Part shown: positions 18,233-28,770 of the stretch, piece by piece
Layout of the letters: every line of letters begins with the position of its first letter
Numbering within the stretch: the first letter of the stretch is position 1
Source: Candidatus Binataceae bacterium
Lineage (GTDB): Bacteria > Desulfobacterota > Binatia > Binatales > Binataceae
DNA length: 64,000 nt
Direction: 5' to 3'
NCBI GenBank assembly: GCA_036521875.1
Contig: DATDGX010000147.1
Location: forward strand, 190-64,189
Notes under the pieces: generated by a model
What the model saw: the letters and a program-made list of their open reading frames with translations, nothing else
Told to the model about the DNA's origin: nothing
Database searches by the model: none
Translations under genes and position numbers: made by a program

Positions 18233-18721
18233 CGGCTCTTTGATTTCGTGAGAGCTTCCGATGATGAGAACGTAGCCAGACTCAACCGGCAAGAACGCTA
18301 TCAAGAAGCTGCTGGAGCTGAAGGTATCAGTAAGAGCTGTGGTTCATAAGAAAGAGCCCAGCGTTGGAATGAGTCATCGGGTTCATGGGACCTGGCATCC
18401 CGCTTCCGGTAACGCTCACGGCTCCGTTCAGAGTAGCCTTCGCCGGTAAAGTCTTTTGCCGCGCAACAGGGGCACTCTTGGGGCGGGCTGTTAGAGCGCG
18501 CTCAGCCGCGCCGCTGAGTGCAGCAGTCTGTTCAGATAGAGAACTTTGACGAATCGTTTCCAGGGAGTCGCGGCGCCGGCGACTACGCTTGTCCTGATCG
18601 AACCCAACAGAAATTCGCTGGCGCTCAGCGCGTTGCGATGCTTTGCTAAATCCGGCGTGTGCGGCTAACTAGTTCCGAGAGCTACACCGATCGCGTCGCG
18701 ATCAAATCAGGCGGAGAAATT

Positions 18722-19729
18722 ATGGCAGACATACGTCCGTTGCGATCCGGCTGTCCAATACGATTCGGCATTTTGGGCGCGGCGCTTATCGCGCCCAACG
18801 CTCTGATCAAGCCCGCGCAGGAGGTGGCCGATGCCGAGGTGGTCGCGGTCGCGGCGCGCGATCGGGCGCGCGCGGATGAATTCGCGAAGACCAATGGCAT
18901 CCCGCGCGTGCACGCGACTTATGCCGACCTGCTGAGCGACCCCGAGCTTGACGTGATCTACAATCCGCTCCCCAACTCGCTCCATTGCGAATGGACCATC
19001 CGCGCGTTGCGTGCGGGCAAGCATGTGCTTTGCGAGAAACCGATGGCCTCGAACGCGGCTGAGGCGGAGCGCATGTTTCATGCCGCGCAGGAAACCGGTT
19101 TGTTCCTGGGCGAGGCATTCCACTACCGTTATCATCCTCTGGCAGAACGCGTGCGCTCGCTTATCCGCGATGGGGCGCTCGGCCGTCTTACCCATCTCGA
19201 GGGAAATTTTGCGGTTCCGATTCCGCCGACCAATATCCGCTTCGACTGGAGCCTTGCCGGCGGCGCCACGATGGACCTGGGATGCTATCCACTTCATATG
19301 GTGCACGATTTCTCCGGGATGACGCCGCGAGTGGTGGGTGCCACGGCGAAAACGGGGCCGCCCAACATCGACGTCACGATGGAGGTCGAGCTGGAGCTTC
19401 CGGGCGGCATCCACGCGCGCATGAGCTGCTCGATGGCGGCGGACGCGCGGCTCAACGCCACCTTCACCGCGCGCGGCGATCGCGGCGAGCTCAACGTGAT
19501 TAATCCGGTCGCGCCGCAGATGGGCAATCAGCTCACCGTGAAGACCAGTGCCGGAGAGAAGCAGGAAACGGTTCCCGGCGACGCGAGCTACACCTGTCAG
19601 TTGCGTGCGTTCGTCGCGGCGCTCCGCGGCGAAGGCAAGTTTCCCACCGACGGCGTGGAGGCAATCGTCAACATGCGCATCATCGACGACGTCTATCGCG
19701 CGGCCGGGCTGCCGCCGCGCGGGACCTGA
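18722..19729 (+). CDS. Gfo/Idh/MocA-family NAD(P)-dependent oxidoreductase
   Basis: IRFGILGAALIA Rossmann N-terminus, EKP motif (HVLCEKPMA), C-terminal alpha/beta domain; start ATG 18722 (MADIRPL). Confidence 0.85.
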   Translation: MADIRPLRSGCPIRFGILGAALIAPNALIKPAQEVADAEVVAVAARDRARADEFAKTNGIPRVHATYADLLSDPELDVIYNPLPNSLHCEWTIRALRAGKHVLCEKPMASNAAEAERMFHAAQETGLFLGEAFHYRYHPLAERVRSLIRDGALGRLTHLEGNFAVPIPPTNIRFDWSLAGGATMDLGCYPLHMVHDFSGMTPRVVGATAKTGPPNIDVTMEVELELPGGIHARMSCSMAADARLNATFTARGDRGELNVINPVAPQMGNQLTVKTSAGEKQETVPGDASYTCQLRAFVAALRGEGKFPTDGVEAIVNMRIIDDVYRAAGLPPRGT

Positions 19730-19773
19730 GCTTTCGCGCTCACCGATTCAAGTTCACGCCAAGGAGTAGGCGA

Positions 19774-20658
19774 ATGGCCAGCGAGCAATTCAAGAAGGTA
19801 CTCGAGATTATCAAGTCGCAGCCGGCGAAACCGGATGCCACCGTCGAGCAGCGGCGCGCCGGCATGGAGCGTATCAGCGAGCGTGTCGCCAAAGACGTTG
19901 ACTGTACGCCGGTCGACGCGGGCGGAGTCAGCGCCGAATGGATCGTGCCGCCCGGGGTGATCGGCGATCGCGTCATTTTGTATCTGCACGGGGGCGGCTA
20001 CGTGATGGGCTCGATCAATTCGCATCGCGCAATGATCGCGAGAATCGCGCGCGCCTCGAATGCGCGCGCACTCGCGCTCGACTATCGGCTGGGGCCCGAG
20101 CATCCGTTCCCCGCCGCGGTCGAAGACGTTGTCACTGCGTATCGCTGGCTGCTCGCGCACGCCTACCTACCCGGCAGGATCATTATCGCGGGTGATTCCG
20201 CGGGCGGCGGACTGACGCTCGCAGCGCTGCTGGCGCTTCGCGACATGGGTGAGCGGCTCCCCGCTGCCGCGGTTCCGATTTCACCGTGGACTGACCTGGA
20301 AGGCACGGGAGCGTCGGCGACTACGAAGGCCGCGCGCGATCCGATGGTGCAGATGGAGTCGCTGAACTCGTCGGCGAAAGCGTACCTTGGCGAGCAGGAT
20401 GCGAAAAATCCGCTGGCGTCGCCGCTGCACGGCGATTTCCGCGGACTCCCGCCGATGCTCATCCAGGTTGGCGAGGCCGAGATTCTGCTCGACGACGCGA
20501 CGCGGGTGGCGGAGCGCGCCAAGGCGGCCGGCGTCGAGGTCGAGCTGGAAGTGTGGGACGAGATGGTTCACGTGTGGCACGTATTCGCGAAGCTGCTACC
20601 CGAGGGACAACAGGCGATCGACAAGATCGGAAAATTCGTGATCGCGCACACCTCGTGA
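19774..20658 (+). CDS. Alpha/beta hydrolase, HSL-type esterase/lipase
   Basis: HGGGY oxyanion-hole motif and GDSAGG nucleophile elbow; 294 aa. Confidence 0.85.
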   Translation: MASEQFKKVLEIIKSQPAKPDATVEQRRAGMERISERVAKDVDCTPVDAGGVSAEWIVPPGVIGDRVILYLHGGGYVMGSINSHRAMIARIARASNARALALDYRLGPEHPFPAAVEDVVTAYRWLLAHAYLPGRIIIAGDSAGGGLTLAALLALRDMGERLPAAAVPISPWTDLEGTGASATTKAARDPMVQMESLNSSAKAYLGEQDAKNPLASPLHGDFRGLPPMLIQVGEAEILLDDATRVAERAKAAGVEVELEVWDEMVHVWHVFAKLLPEGQQAIDKIGKFVIAHTS

Positions 20659-20718
20659 AGCGAGGCCGGCGCTGATAGCGCTATCGCGCGAGGCGCCAGG
20701 ATTGAGGCAGGCCAGGGT

Positions 20719-22188
20719 CTACTTGACCTGGGCGTCGAACACGGCGGTGTCGATTTTGCCGGCGCGCTTGAACTGCAGGAAAATCCGGTAGAGTCCCGGC
20801 TGCGGAAAGCCATAGGGCATCGAGATCTCCGGCGACACGCTCGCCGGCGCGCCGGGCGGATTCGTTTCCGACGACATATTCATTTCCGCCATCGGCGCCG
20901 CGGCTGATGCGCTGTTATCGGCGCTCGCCATCATCAGCGCCGCCATCGGCACCGAACCCGACGGATGGATATGCGCGAACACGCTGCGGTCGCTGCGGAT
21001 TATTTCCGCATGCGCCGCCATCCCCATGTACGGCTCGAGATCGGTCGCCGGTCTGCCGTTCTGATCCTGGACCATGAAGCGCAGAATCATCGGCGTATTG
21101 GCTTGAAGCGGCGCCGCATCGCGAGCCCATCGCACGCGAGTCCCGTCCGCCAGCACCTGCGAGGCGCCGGTTGCCTCGCCGACCGGCTTTGCCGATCCTT
21201 CCGAGTCGTCTCCGCTGAGCGGCGCTCCGGAAATTTGCGGCAAGTCGATGCTGCCGACCAGCGTCCACGGAAAGCCCGACTTGTCGACGACATCAGCGAA
21301 GACGTCGTAATGCCCGGGTTCGAGCGACGGCAGATTGGTGGCGAACGCGCCGCCCTTGCCGGTCTCATCCGGATGCAGATGCAATAGGCGGTCGAGTGCG
21401 GGCGTCCGCACCAGGAAGAGATGCATCAGGTGACCGTGATCGGGGACCAGTTGATCCATCACCTTGTACTCGAGCCACGCTTTGTCCGACGGGGAGGGGC
21501 GGAGCGTGAGATGATTTGCGCCCTCAAGTGAGAGGGAGAGCCGGGGCGGTCTGAAGAGCATCGTGGTCGCGAGGTAGTCGCGCGCGTCGGCGTCCCACCA
21601 CGCGAAGCCAAGGTAGAACAGCGCCGCGACCAGCACCGTCATGACCGCCATCGCCCGCCGGCCGCTCCGCCGCGATTGCGGCGTCGCGAGCGCTCCAGGA
21701 GCCAGGCCCGCGTCGCGCGCCGCCGCGCCCACGATCGCGATCGCGCCGAGTCCCAGGCCGATGGCGAGCACCAGCAGGATGGCGCCGAGCCATCGCGGCA
21801 TCGGTAGCATCCGGCGCGCGACGCTCGGCACCGGCACCGACATATCGGCGCTGCCGCGCGTTCCGCGCACCTTGATCAGCACCCGCAGCGAACCATATTC
21901 CATCAGCCACAGCGACGCGGTGAAGAAATTTGGGTCGGTCTTCGAGCGCGTCGCGAGATCGGGAACCGGAGCGTACTTCGATCCGGGACCGGTGAGCCGC
22001 GCGACCGCGGTGCTGATCTCGCGCGCGTCGTCGGAGCTGGCGCGAATCTCGATATCGGCAACGCCCGGAATCACCTGCGGCACTCGCACGGTCACGAACA
22101 GGTGGTACGGACCCGCATCGCCTTCATAGAAAACGTCGGGACTGCCGACGTGCGCAGAGGCGGGGCTCGCGAGAAAGAACCTGACCAT
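20719..22188 (-). CDS. Secreted, membrane-anchored protein with YcnI/DUF1775-like N-terminal domain and C-terminal domain carrying two HxHP motifs (putative copper-binding)
   Basis: Predicted signal cleavage ASA|HV gives a mature N-terminal His (HVGSPDVFYEGDAGPYHLFVTVRVP, compare YcnI HVSVKP...Y..KVP). Two TM helices follow, then a domain with GHLMHLFLV...LHLHP and AHAEII...AHIHPSG. Start uncertain (M at 22188 or an upstream non-ATG codon); the track ORF extends to 22371 and would overlap the upstream gene by 95 nt. Confidence 0.4.
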   Translation of the reverse strand: MVRFFLASPASAHVGSPDVFYEGDAGPYHLFVTVRVPQVIPGVADIEIRASSDDAREISTAVARLTGPGSKYAPVPDLATRSKTDPNFFTASLWLMEYGSLRVLIKVRGTRGSADMSVPVPSVARRMLPMPRWLGAILLVLAIGLGLGAIAIVGAAARDAGLAPGALATPQSRRSGRRAMAVMTVLVAALFYLGFAWWDADARDYLATTMLFRPPRLSLSLEGANHLTLRPSPSDKAWLEYKVMDQLVPDHGHLMHLFLVRTPALDRLLHLHPDETGKGGAFATNLPSLEPGHYDVFADVVDKSGFPWTLVGSIDLPQISGAPLSGDDSEGSAKPVGEATGASQVLADGTRVRWARDAAPLQANTPMILRFMVQDQNGRPATDLEPYMGMAAHAEIIRSDRSVFAHIHPSGSVPMAALMMASADNSASAAAPMAEMNMSSETNPPGAPASVSPEISMPYGFPQPGLYRIFLQFKRAGKIDTAVFDAQVK

Positions 22189-22276
22189 CGCGACCGCGGC
22201 CAGCGTGAGCACAACGGCGGATCGCGCGGAAATGTTTTTCGGAATCGACGGAATAGACGACACGCGAAGCTTTCGT

Positions 22277-23482
22277 CTAGCGCTGAACCTTACGCATCCA
22301 GTGTCCCAGCCCCATTCCGATCGTGCAGAAAATGATCGACGCGAGCACTGCCAGCGCCATCCCCTCGACAAATGCGGCGTGAGTCTTGGCGGGGTCGGCG
22401 AACCGGTAAGGATTGTAGAGCAGGTTCGCCGGGTCGTTGTACGAGAAGTACATCGTTCCGAAAACCCAGTTGCGTGATGCGGGCGAGATCAGAAAATCGG
22501 CGAACGGCCATTGCACCGCGAACAGCGCGGCGACGAAGACGCATCCCGCGAGCAGCGCGGATTTAATGCCGCCCCAGCGCTCGCCCATCTTGACCCTCAG
22601 CAGATCGAGCACGAACGCGGGCACGATTATCAGCACCGGAAACCACAGCGGAACCATGTGCGTGATGTGCTGGTAGACGGGCCCGAGTTTCGGCTGCGCC
22701 GGGAACAACGGGAAGATCCAGAGCGCGGCCAAAAACGCCGCAGTGTAAATTGCCGCCATCGTGGTCGCGGGCCATCGAGAGGTGGAGACGCAGGAGACCG
22801 CGATCAGCACGAGCGGAAAACCCTCCGCGACCGATCGGTAGAACATCGGGTTGTGCATGAATTCCATCGGCGTCGATTCGAGGTTGAACAACGCCGCCTG
22901 CACGATCTCGATCGCGCCGACGTAGAGCAGCATCCGATCGAGTTTCGCGCGGCGCGCTCCGGTGGCGCGATTCACCTGCGCGCAGACCAGCAGCAGCGCG
23001 CCGAGACTGATCATTCCGATCCCTGCCGATAGCATCGAATGCGGCAGGCTCACGATCTTGACATCGAGTCCGTAGGCGCTGTGCCACCAGTTGTCGAAGG
23101 GCGCGGAGGTGAGCATCGCGATTCCGCCCCACGCCGCGAGGAAGCATCCCAGCGGCCCGCGAAATCCCCAAATCGAAACCGAAGTTTCCCTGGACTCAGC
23201 CGAGGAACCAAACGTGCTTGTCAAAATCATGTATCCACTCGCGACTCCGGCGAGCACGCCGCCCAGATAAATCGCCATGTGCGCGGGAGTCCAGAACGAG
23301 TCGCGGCCGATCGAGATGTGCCACGAGATATCCCAGTAGCCGCCGAAGGCGGAAGAGGTCACCGCCGCGGCCAGGCACCATACGTACCATGGGATGGCGG
23401 CAGCGCGGGTGGCCTCGATTGCGCGGCCGGCGACGCGCGGCCGACGCTCGAGCGTGGCAGCCTGCAGGACTGCGTTCCCCAT
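22277..23482 (-). CDS. Polytopic integral membrane protein of unknown function (at least 10 TM; possible CopD/CtaG-like)
   Basis: 401 aa, almost entirely hydrophobic helices, W/H-rich segment GYWDISWHISIGRDSFWTPAHMAIYLGG. Second gene of a three-gene minus-strand operon. Confidence 0.5.
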   Translation of the reverse strand: MGNAVLQAATLERRPRVAGRAIEATRAAAIPWYVWCLAAAVTSSAFGGYWDISWHISIGRDSFWTPAHMAIYLGGVLAGVASGYMILTSTFGSSAESRETSVSIWGFRGPLGCFLAAWGGIAMLTSAPFDNWWHSAYGLDVKIVSLPHSMLSAGIGMISLGALLLVCAQVNRATGARRAKLDRMLLYVGAIEIVQAALFNLESTPMEFMHNPMFYRSVAEGFPLVLIAVSCVSTSRWPATTMAAIYTAAFLAALWIFPLFPAQPKLGPVYQHITHMVPLWFPVLIIVPAFVLDLLRVKMGERWGGIKSALLAGCVFVAALFAVQWPFADFLISPASRNWVFGTMYFSYNDPANLLYNPYRFADPAKTHAAFVEGMALAVLASIIFCTIGMGLGHWMRKVQR

Positions 23483-23586
23483 GGTGAAGACTCCTTCGGC
23501 CTTTGCGACTATCCAGTCGTATAGCCTACTGAATAGCTACTCGCGAGTGTACCTCATTTGAAGTGCGGCGCGTATCGAAAGAGTAC

Positions 23587-24015
23587 CTAACTGAGGCGCT
23601 CGTCATGATAGGCAAGATACAGCGCAGTGCCGACCGATCCGGTGAGAGAAATCGCGAGATAGATCAGGATGAAGTTCACCGGCGGCCGCGGTCCGCCATG
23701 CAGGAACCAGAACAGCACCAGGTTCACCGGGACATAAAACGCGTAGACCATCGCGAGCGGCAGCACCCATCGTCGCATCGTCCACAGTCCGTACGCATAC
23801 GTGGCGAGTATCAGTCCGAACAAGGGGCCCAGAATGGCGTTGGCTCCGACGGTTTGCGTCTGGACTCCGAAAATAACCAACCCCTTGGTCGGGTCATGCA
23901 TGTTCTGGAAAAATTTGGTGAAGTCCGAGAGCGCAAGGATGGCAAGCAGCACCGCCATCACCGAAAGAAAAATTCCGCGGTCCGTCGTGGCGTGGCGGTT
24001 CTCTGACGCGTCCAT
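23587..24015 (-). CDS. Small 4-TM membrane protein of unknown function
   Basis: Start at MDASENRH...; four hydrophobic helices. First gene of the 24.0-20.7 kb operon. Confidence 0.4.
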   Translation of the reverse strand: MDASENRHATTDRGIFLSVMAVLLAILALSDFTKFFQNMHDPTKGLVIFGVQTQTVGANAILGPLFGLILATYAYGLWTMRRWVLPLAMVYAFYVPVNLVLFWFLHGGPRPPVNFILIYLAISLTGSVGTALYLAYHDERLS

Positions 24016-24103
24016 ATGATGCCTCCCGTCGTGTGCTTCGCGTTTCAGCCGGACTGATTCCGCGAGCCGACGATGCACTATACTAGCTAGTCGTACTCGT
24101 GCG

Positions 24104-25315
24104 CTATTTGAAAAGGAGACGGCTGGTGTGGCGGGCGATCATGAGATCCTCGTTGGTGGGAATCACGCGCACGATGCATCGGCTGCCTTGCGAGCTTATC
24201 GTGTCGGCGTGAGCGTCGTTGCGGCGCTGGTCCAGGCGTATCCCCAGATGATCGAGACCGGCTGCGACCGTCCATCGGACCGACGCGGCGCGCTCGCCGA
24301 TTCCACCGGTGAAGACCAGCAGGTCGAGACCGCCGAGTGCCGCGGCGAGTGCGCCGATACTTTTGCGGAGCTGATAACAGAACATCGCGACCGCCTGGCG
24401 CGCGTCGGGATTCGCGTTGCGTAGTTCGAGCAGTTTCTTCATGTCGGAAGTGACGCCGGAAACGCCGAGCAGGCCGGATTCGCGGTTGACGAGCCGATCG
24501 AGGCCCGCCGCGTCGAAACCTCTTTCTTTCATCAGGTACACCGGCACGCCGGGATCGAGGTCGCCGCTCCGGGTGCCCATCATGAAGCCGCCCGCCGGCG
24601 TGAATCCCATCGTGGTGTCGACTGGTCGTCCGTCACGCACCGCGGCCATGCTCGCGCCATTGCCGAGATGCGCGATGATGACGCGCGGCGGTGGGGTCTC
24701 GCGCAGGGCCTGCATGATGTATTCGTAGGAGATTCCATGAAATCCGTAGCGGCGAATGCCGTCATCCCAAAGCGCGCGCGGCAGCGCAAAACGCTGTGCG
24801 AGCTCGGGCATCCTGCGATGGAATGCGGTATCGAAGCACACGGCCTGCGGCAGTCCGGGAAAGTGATCGGACACGTCGTCGATGGCCTGGAGTTCACCGG
24901 GCAGATGCAGCGGTGCAAACGGAATCAACCCGCGGAGCGCGCTCATCAGTTGCGGCGTGACGCGCTCGGGCGCCGCGTGATCGGGTCCGCCGTGGACAAG
25001 CCGATGGCCGGCGGCTCGCGGCGTCGGCAGGTTCAGGCGCGCGGTGGCATCGAGGATCACATGGATCGCGCCGTCCGCCGAAGAAAAGTTGCGGTTTTCC
25101 TCGCAGAGGACGCGCCCGTGCCCATCGCGGATTACGAGGCCGCCGCCATCCATGCCGATGCGATCGGCGGTGCCCGCCGCAATAAGTGTTTCCTTCCCGG
25201 CGCCGATCGAATAGAGCGCGAACTTGCACGAGGAGGAGCCGCTGTTGACGCACAGGATGGCGTTCGAGGTGCGGTTTACTTGCGTGTGACTACCGTCATT
25301 CATGATGAGCGTCAT
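24104..25315 (-). CDS. ackA: Acetate (or propionate) kinase
   Basis: ILCVNSGSSSCKFAL (compare acetate kinase LVLNCGSSSIKY), HLGNGAS, and the C-terminal ATP-binding region. Confidence 0.85.
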   Translation of the reverse strand: MTLIMNDGSHTQVNRTSNAILCVNSGSSSCKFALYSIGAGKETLIAAGTADRIGMDGGGLVIRDGHGRVLCEENRNFSSADGAIHVILDATARLNLPTPRAAGHRLVHGGPDHAAPERVTPQLMSALRGLIPFAPLHLPGELQAIDDVSDHFPGLPQAVCFDTAFHRRMPELAQRFALPRALWDDGIRRYGFHGISYEYIMQALRETPPPRVIIAHLGNGASMAAVRDGRPVDTTMGFTPAGGFMMGTRSGDLDPGVPVYLMKERGFDAAGLDRLVNRESGLLGVSGVTSDMKKLLELRNANPDARQAVAMFCYQLRKSIGALAAALGGLDLLVFTGGIGERAASVRWTVAAGLDHLGIRLDQRRNDAHADTISSQGSRCIVRVIPTNEDLMIARHTSRLLFK

Positions 25316-25459
25316 TCATGATGGGCATTGCGCGAATCGATTCTAGCAGAGCAGATTGAACTAGGTAGACGGATTGGCCTCGCGCGCGCTGTGAGCCATA
25401 GCGACGGCATTTCGATAGACTGATGGAGTTACGATTGGTCCATCAAGGAGCCCAATAAA

Positions 25460-26479
25460 ATGCAAATGGGAATGGTCGGTCTCGGAAGAATGGGCGCGAA
25501 CATGGTGCGGCGTCTGCTGCGCGATGGTCACGAGTGCGTGGTGTTCGACGTCACTCCCGCCGCAGTTGCGGAGCTGGCGAAGGAGAAGGCGGTGGGCGCG
25601 TCGTCGCTCGATGACTTCGCCGCGAAGTTGAAAAAGCCGCGCGTCGCGTGGATGATGGTGCCGGCGGCGGTGGTCGAGCAGACCGTCGCGGACCTGTCGT
25701 CACGATTCGAGCGCGGCGACATCATCGTCGACGGCGGCAACTCGTATTACATCGACGACATCCGCCGAGCCGAGGCGCTCAAGGCCAAGGAGATTCACTA
25801 CGTCGATTCGGGCACCAGCGGGGGAGTGTGGGGACTCGAGCGCGGCTTCTGCCAGATGATCGGCGGCGAGCCGGAAGTAGTGAAGCATCTCGGTCCGATT
25901 TTTGCGACGCTCGCACCGCCGCTTGATTCCGCGCCGCGCACCGCGGGCCGCGAAAAAGTCAAAGGCAGCACCGCGGAGCATGGCTATCTTCATTGCGGCC
26001 CCAACGGCGCCGGCCACTTCGTCAAAATGGTCCACAATGGAATCGAGTACGGGATCATGGCGGCGTACGCGGAAGGGCTGAACATCCTTCGCCACGCCAA
26101 CGTCGGCAAGCAGACCAATGCCGCCGTCGATGCGGAGACTACGCCGCTCAGAAATCCGAAGCTGTACCAGTACGATTTCAACCTGACCGACATCGCCGAG
26201 GTGTGGCGCCGTGGCAGCGTGATCGCGTCGTGGCTGCTCGACCTGACGGCCGACGCGCTGCTCGGCGATCCGGAGCTGAAGAAGTTTGCCGGCCGGGTGT
26301 CGGATTCGGGCGAGGGCCGCTGGACGATCGATGCGGCGATCGACGAGGGTGTGCCAGCGCACGTGCTGACTGCGGCGCTCTACGAGCGGTTCGGATCGCG
26401 CGGCGCCGCCGACTTCGCCGACAAGCTGCTGTCCGCGATGCGCTACGAGTTCGGCGGCCATCTCGAGAAGAAGGCCTGA
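25460..26479 (+). CDS. gnd: 6-phosphogluconate dehydrogenase, decarboxylating (short Gnd-like form)
   Basis: [16 protein letters not shown]ossmann N-terminus; [23 protein letters not shown] 6PGD signature. 339 aa, the short-form length. Confidence 0.85.
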   Translation: MQMGMVGLGRMGANMVRRLLRDGHECVVFDVTPAAVAELAKEKAVGASSLDDFAAKLKKPRVAWMMVPAAVVEQTVADLSSRFERGDIIVDGGNSYYIDDIRRAEALKAKEIHYVDSGTSGGVWGLERGFCQMIGGEPEVVKHLGPIFATLAPPLDSAPRTAGREKVKGSTAEHGYLHCGPNGAGHFVKMVHNGIEYGIMAAYAEGLNILRHANVGKQTNAAVDAETTPLRNPKLYQYDFNLTDIAEVWRRGSVIASWLLDLTADALLGDPELKKFAGRVSDSGEGRWTIDAAIDEGVPAHVLTAALYERFGSRGAADFADKLLSAMRYEFGGHLEKKA

Positions 26480-26492
26480 GCGGGTTTCGGCG

Positions 26493-28028
26493 ATGTCGAG
26501 TCAAGACACCTTCCAGCCTCCAGCGAACGTGGAGGGAAAGCCTGGCGATCCTTGCGTGTTCGTGGTTTTTGGCGCGACCGGCGACCTGACCAAGCGCCTG
26601 CTGATGCCGTCGCTATACAACCTGCTCGCCGCCAGGCTGATGCCGAAGGAGTTCGCGATCATCGGCGTCAGCAACGCGCAGATGAGCTTCGAGGATTTTC
26701 GCAAACAGCTGGGCAAGGAGATCCAGGAATTCGCAACTACCAAGGTCGACCCCGAGTTGTGGAAGTGGTTCGACCAGCGGATCACTTACATGGAGGGCGA
26801 CTTCAAGGACCCCGCGACCTATCAGAAGCTGAAGACGCAGCTCGCGGCGATCGACAAGCAGCAGGGCACGCCGGGCAACTACCTGTTCTACACCGCGGTG
26901 TCGCCGAGCTTTTTCGGCGAGATCGTAAAGCAGCTAGCCGCCGCCAAGCTCACCGACGAACCTAAAGGCTGCTGGCGGCGCGTGATTATCGAGAAGCCGT
27001 TCGGCCACGATCTCGACTCGGCGCTCGCGCTCAACCGCGAGATCGGCGAGTGCCTGCGCGAGGACCAGACTTTCCGCATCGATCATTACCTGGGCAAGGA
27101 AACCGTTCAGAACATCATGGCGTTCCGTTTCGGCAACGGCATTTTCGAACCGGTATGGGACCGCCGCTATATTAATCACGTTCAGATAACGGTGGCGGAG
27201 ACGGTCGGCGTGGAACATCGCGGCGGCTACTACGAGACTTCGGGTGCGCTCCGCGACATGGTTCCTAATCACATACTGCAGTTGGTGGCACTGACCGCGA
27301 TGGAGCCGCCGATCTCGTTCGACTCCGAGCCGGTGCGCGACGAGAAGACCAAGCTGCTGCGCGCGATTCGTCCGCTCCAACCGGAAGAGGTGCCGTCGTG
27401 GGCGGTGCGCGGACAATACGGGCTGGGCACGATGGGCAAGGAGCAAGTGCCGGGTTACCGGTCCGAGCCGCAGGTCAATCCGCAGTCGCCGGTCGAGACC
27501 TACGTCGCGCTGAAACTTGCGATCGACAACTGGCGATGGGAAGGCGTGCCGTTCTATCTGCGCACCGGGAAGCGGATGGCGAAGCGGGTCACCGAGATCG
27601 CGATCCGGTTCAAGGCGCCGCCATTGCTGCTCTTCCGCCAGACTGCCGTCAAACAAATCGAGCAGAACGAGCTGGTGCTGCATATCCAGCCCGACGAGGG
27701 AATTTCGTTGGGCTTCAGCGCCAAGATACCGGGACCGGTGGTCAAGCTCGAGACTGTCGACATGAATTTCAAGTACGCCGATTATTTCGGCGCCCCACCG
27801 AGCATCGGATACGAGACGCTGCTGCTCGATTGCATGATCGGCGACCCGACGTTGTTCCAGCGCGCGGATACCGTCGACGCGGGATGGCGCGTGGTCGACC
27901 CGATCCTCGATGCGTGGAAGGCTAACCCGCCCAAAGATTTTCCGAACTATCCGGCCGGCTCATGGGGACCGCGCGCCGCCGACGAATTGCTGGAGCGCGA
28001 TCGCCGCAAGTGGCGCGATCTCAGATAA
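26493..28028 (+). CDS. zwf: Glucose-6-phosphate 1-dehydrogenase
   Basis: [21 protein letters not shown] and RIDHYLGKE active-site motif; 511 aa; 14 nt after gnd. Confidence 0.9.
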   Translation: MSSQDTFQPPANVEGKPGDPCVFVVFGATGDLTKRLLMPSLYNLLAARLMPKEFAIIGVSNAQMSFEDFRKQLGKEIQEFATTKVDPELWKWFDQRITYMEGDFKDPATYQKLKTQLAAIDKQQGTPGNYLFYTAVSPSFFGEIVKQLAAAKLTDEPKGCWRRVIIEKPFGHDLDSALALNREIGECLREDQTFRIDHYLGKETVQNIMAFRFGNGIFEPVWDRRYINHVQITVAETVGVEHRGGYYETSGALRDMVPNHILQLVALTAMEPPISFDSEPVRDEKTKLLRAIRPLQPEEVPSWAVRGQYGLGTMGKEQVPGYRSEPQVNPQSPVETYVALKLAIDNWRWEGVPFYLRTGKRMAKRVTEIAIRFKAPPLLLFRQTAVKQIEQNELVLHIQPDEGISLGFSAKIPGPVVKLETVDMNFKYADYFGAPPSIGYETLLLDCMIGDPTLFQRADTVDAGWRVVDPILDAWKANPPKDFPNYPAGSWGPRAADELLERDRRKWRDLR

Positions 28029-28117
28029 TCAGGTAGGCACGGCATCGAGGCCGAACTGCGCGGTCAGTTTCGCGCGCGCGGTATAGGTACAAAAGCGGTC
28101 GGATATAGTATGAAAGG

Positions 28118-28753
28118 ATGAACTTGCGAATCACCTTTTTGCTCGGAGTGGTTCTGGTCGGAGGCGTATTGATGCGAAGTTCAGTGAGCGCCGCGGAGAA
28201 CGGGTCCGCCAATGGCGCATTGGCGAAAGCGACTTTTGCCGGCGGCTGCTTCTGGTGCATGCAGCCCGCTTTCGACGGAATTCCCGGCGTGGTGTCGACC
28301 CGAGTCGGGTATACCGGCGGACAGAAAGTGAATCCGACTTACGACGAGGTCTGCAGCGGCACTACTGGACATGCCGAGGCACTCGAGCTGACCTACGATC
28401 CGAAAAAGATAAGCTATCGCAAATTGCTCGACATCTTCTGGCACAATATCGATCCGACCGTCCGCGACCAGCAATTTTGCGACGAAGGAACTCAGTATCG
28501 CACCGCGATTTTTTTCCACGACGCGGAGCAACAGCGCGAAGCGCTCGCATCAGAGAAGGAACTGGAGAAGACCAAACCGTTCAAGGATCCGATCGTCACC
28601 GAGATCGTTCCGGCCTCGACCTTCTACACCGCCGAGGACTATCACCAGCAGTATTGCCGCACGCACAAGATCGCCTACGGCATGTATCGATACGGATGCG
28701 GCCGCGATCAGCGGCTGCGCCAACTGTGGGGCGCGTCGGCCGGCACCCACTGA
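28118..28753 (+). CDS. msrA: Peptide-methionine (S)-S-oxide reductase MsrA, with signal peptide
   Basis: GGCFWCMQPAFDGIPGV..GYTGG active-site motif; N-terminal hydrophobic leader suggests a periplasmic or secreted enzyme. Confidence 0.9.
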   Translation: MNLRITFLLGVVLVGGVLMRSSVSAAENGSANGALAKATFAGGCFWCMQPAFDGIPGVVSTRVGYTGGQKVNPTYDEVCSGTTGHAEALELTYDPKKISYRKLLDIFWHNIDPTVRDQQFCDEGTQYRTAIFFHDAEQQREALASEKELEKTKPFKDPIVTEIVPASTFYTAEDYHQQYCRTHKIAYGMYRYGCGRDQRLRQLWGASAGTH

Positions 28754-28770
28754 AGCTGGTTGAGGCAGAA

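Noticed and set aside
18499-18522. Hairpin GCGCTCAGC-cgcgcc-GCTGAGTGC in the 430-bp intergenic region before the Gfo/Idh/MocA gene
   Set aside because: Imperfect stem with no T-tract; could be a regulatory hairpin, but the evidence is too weak to call.
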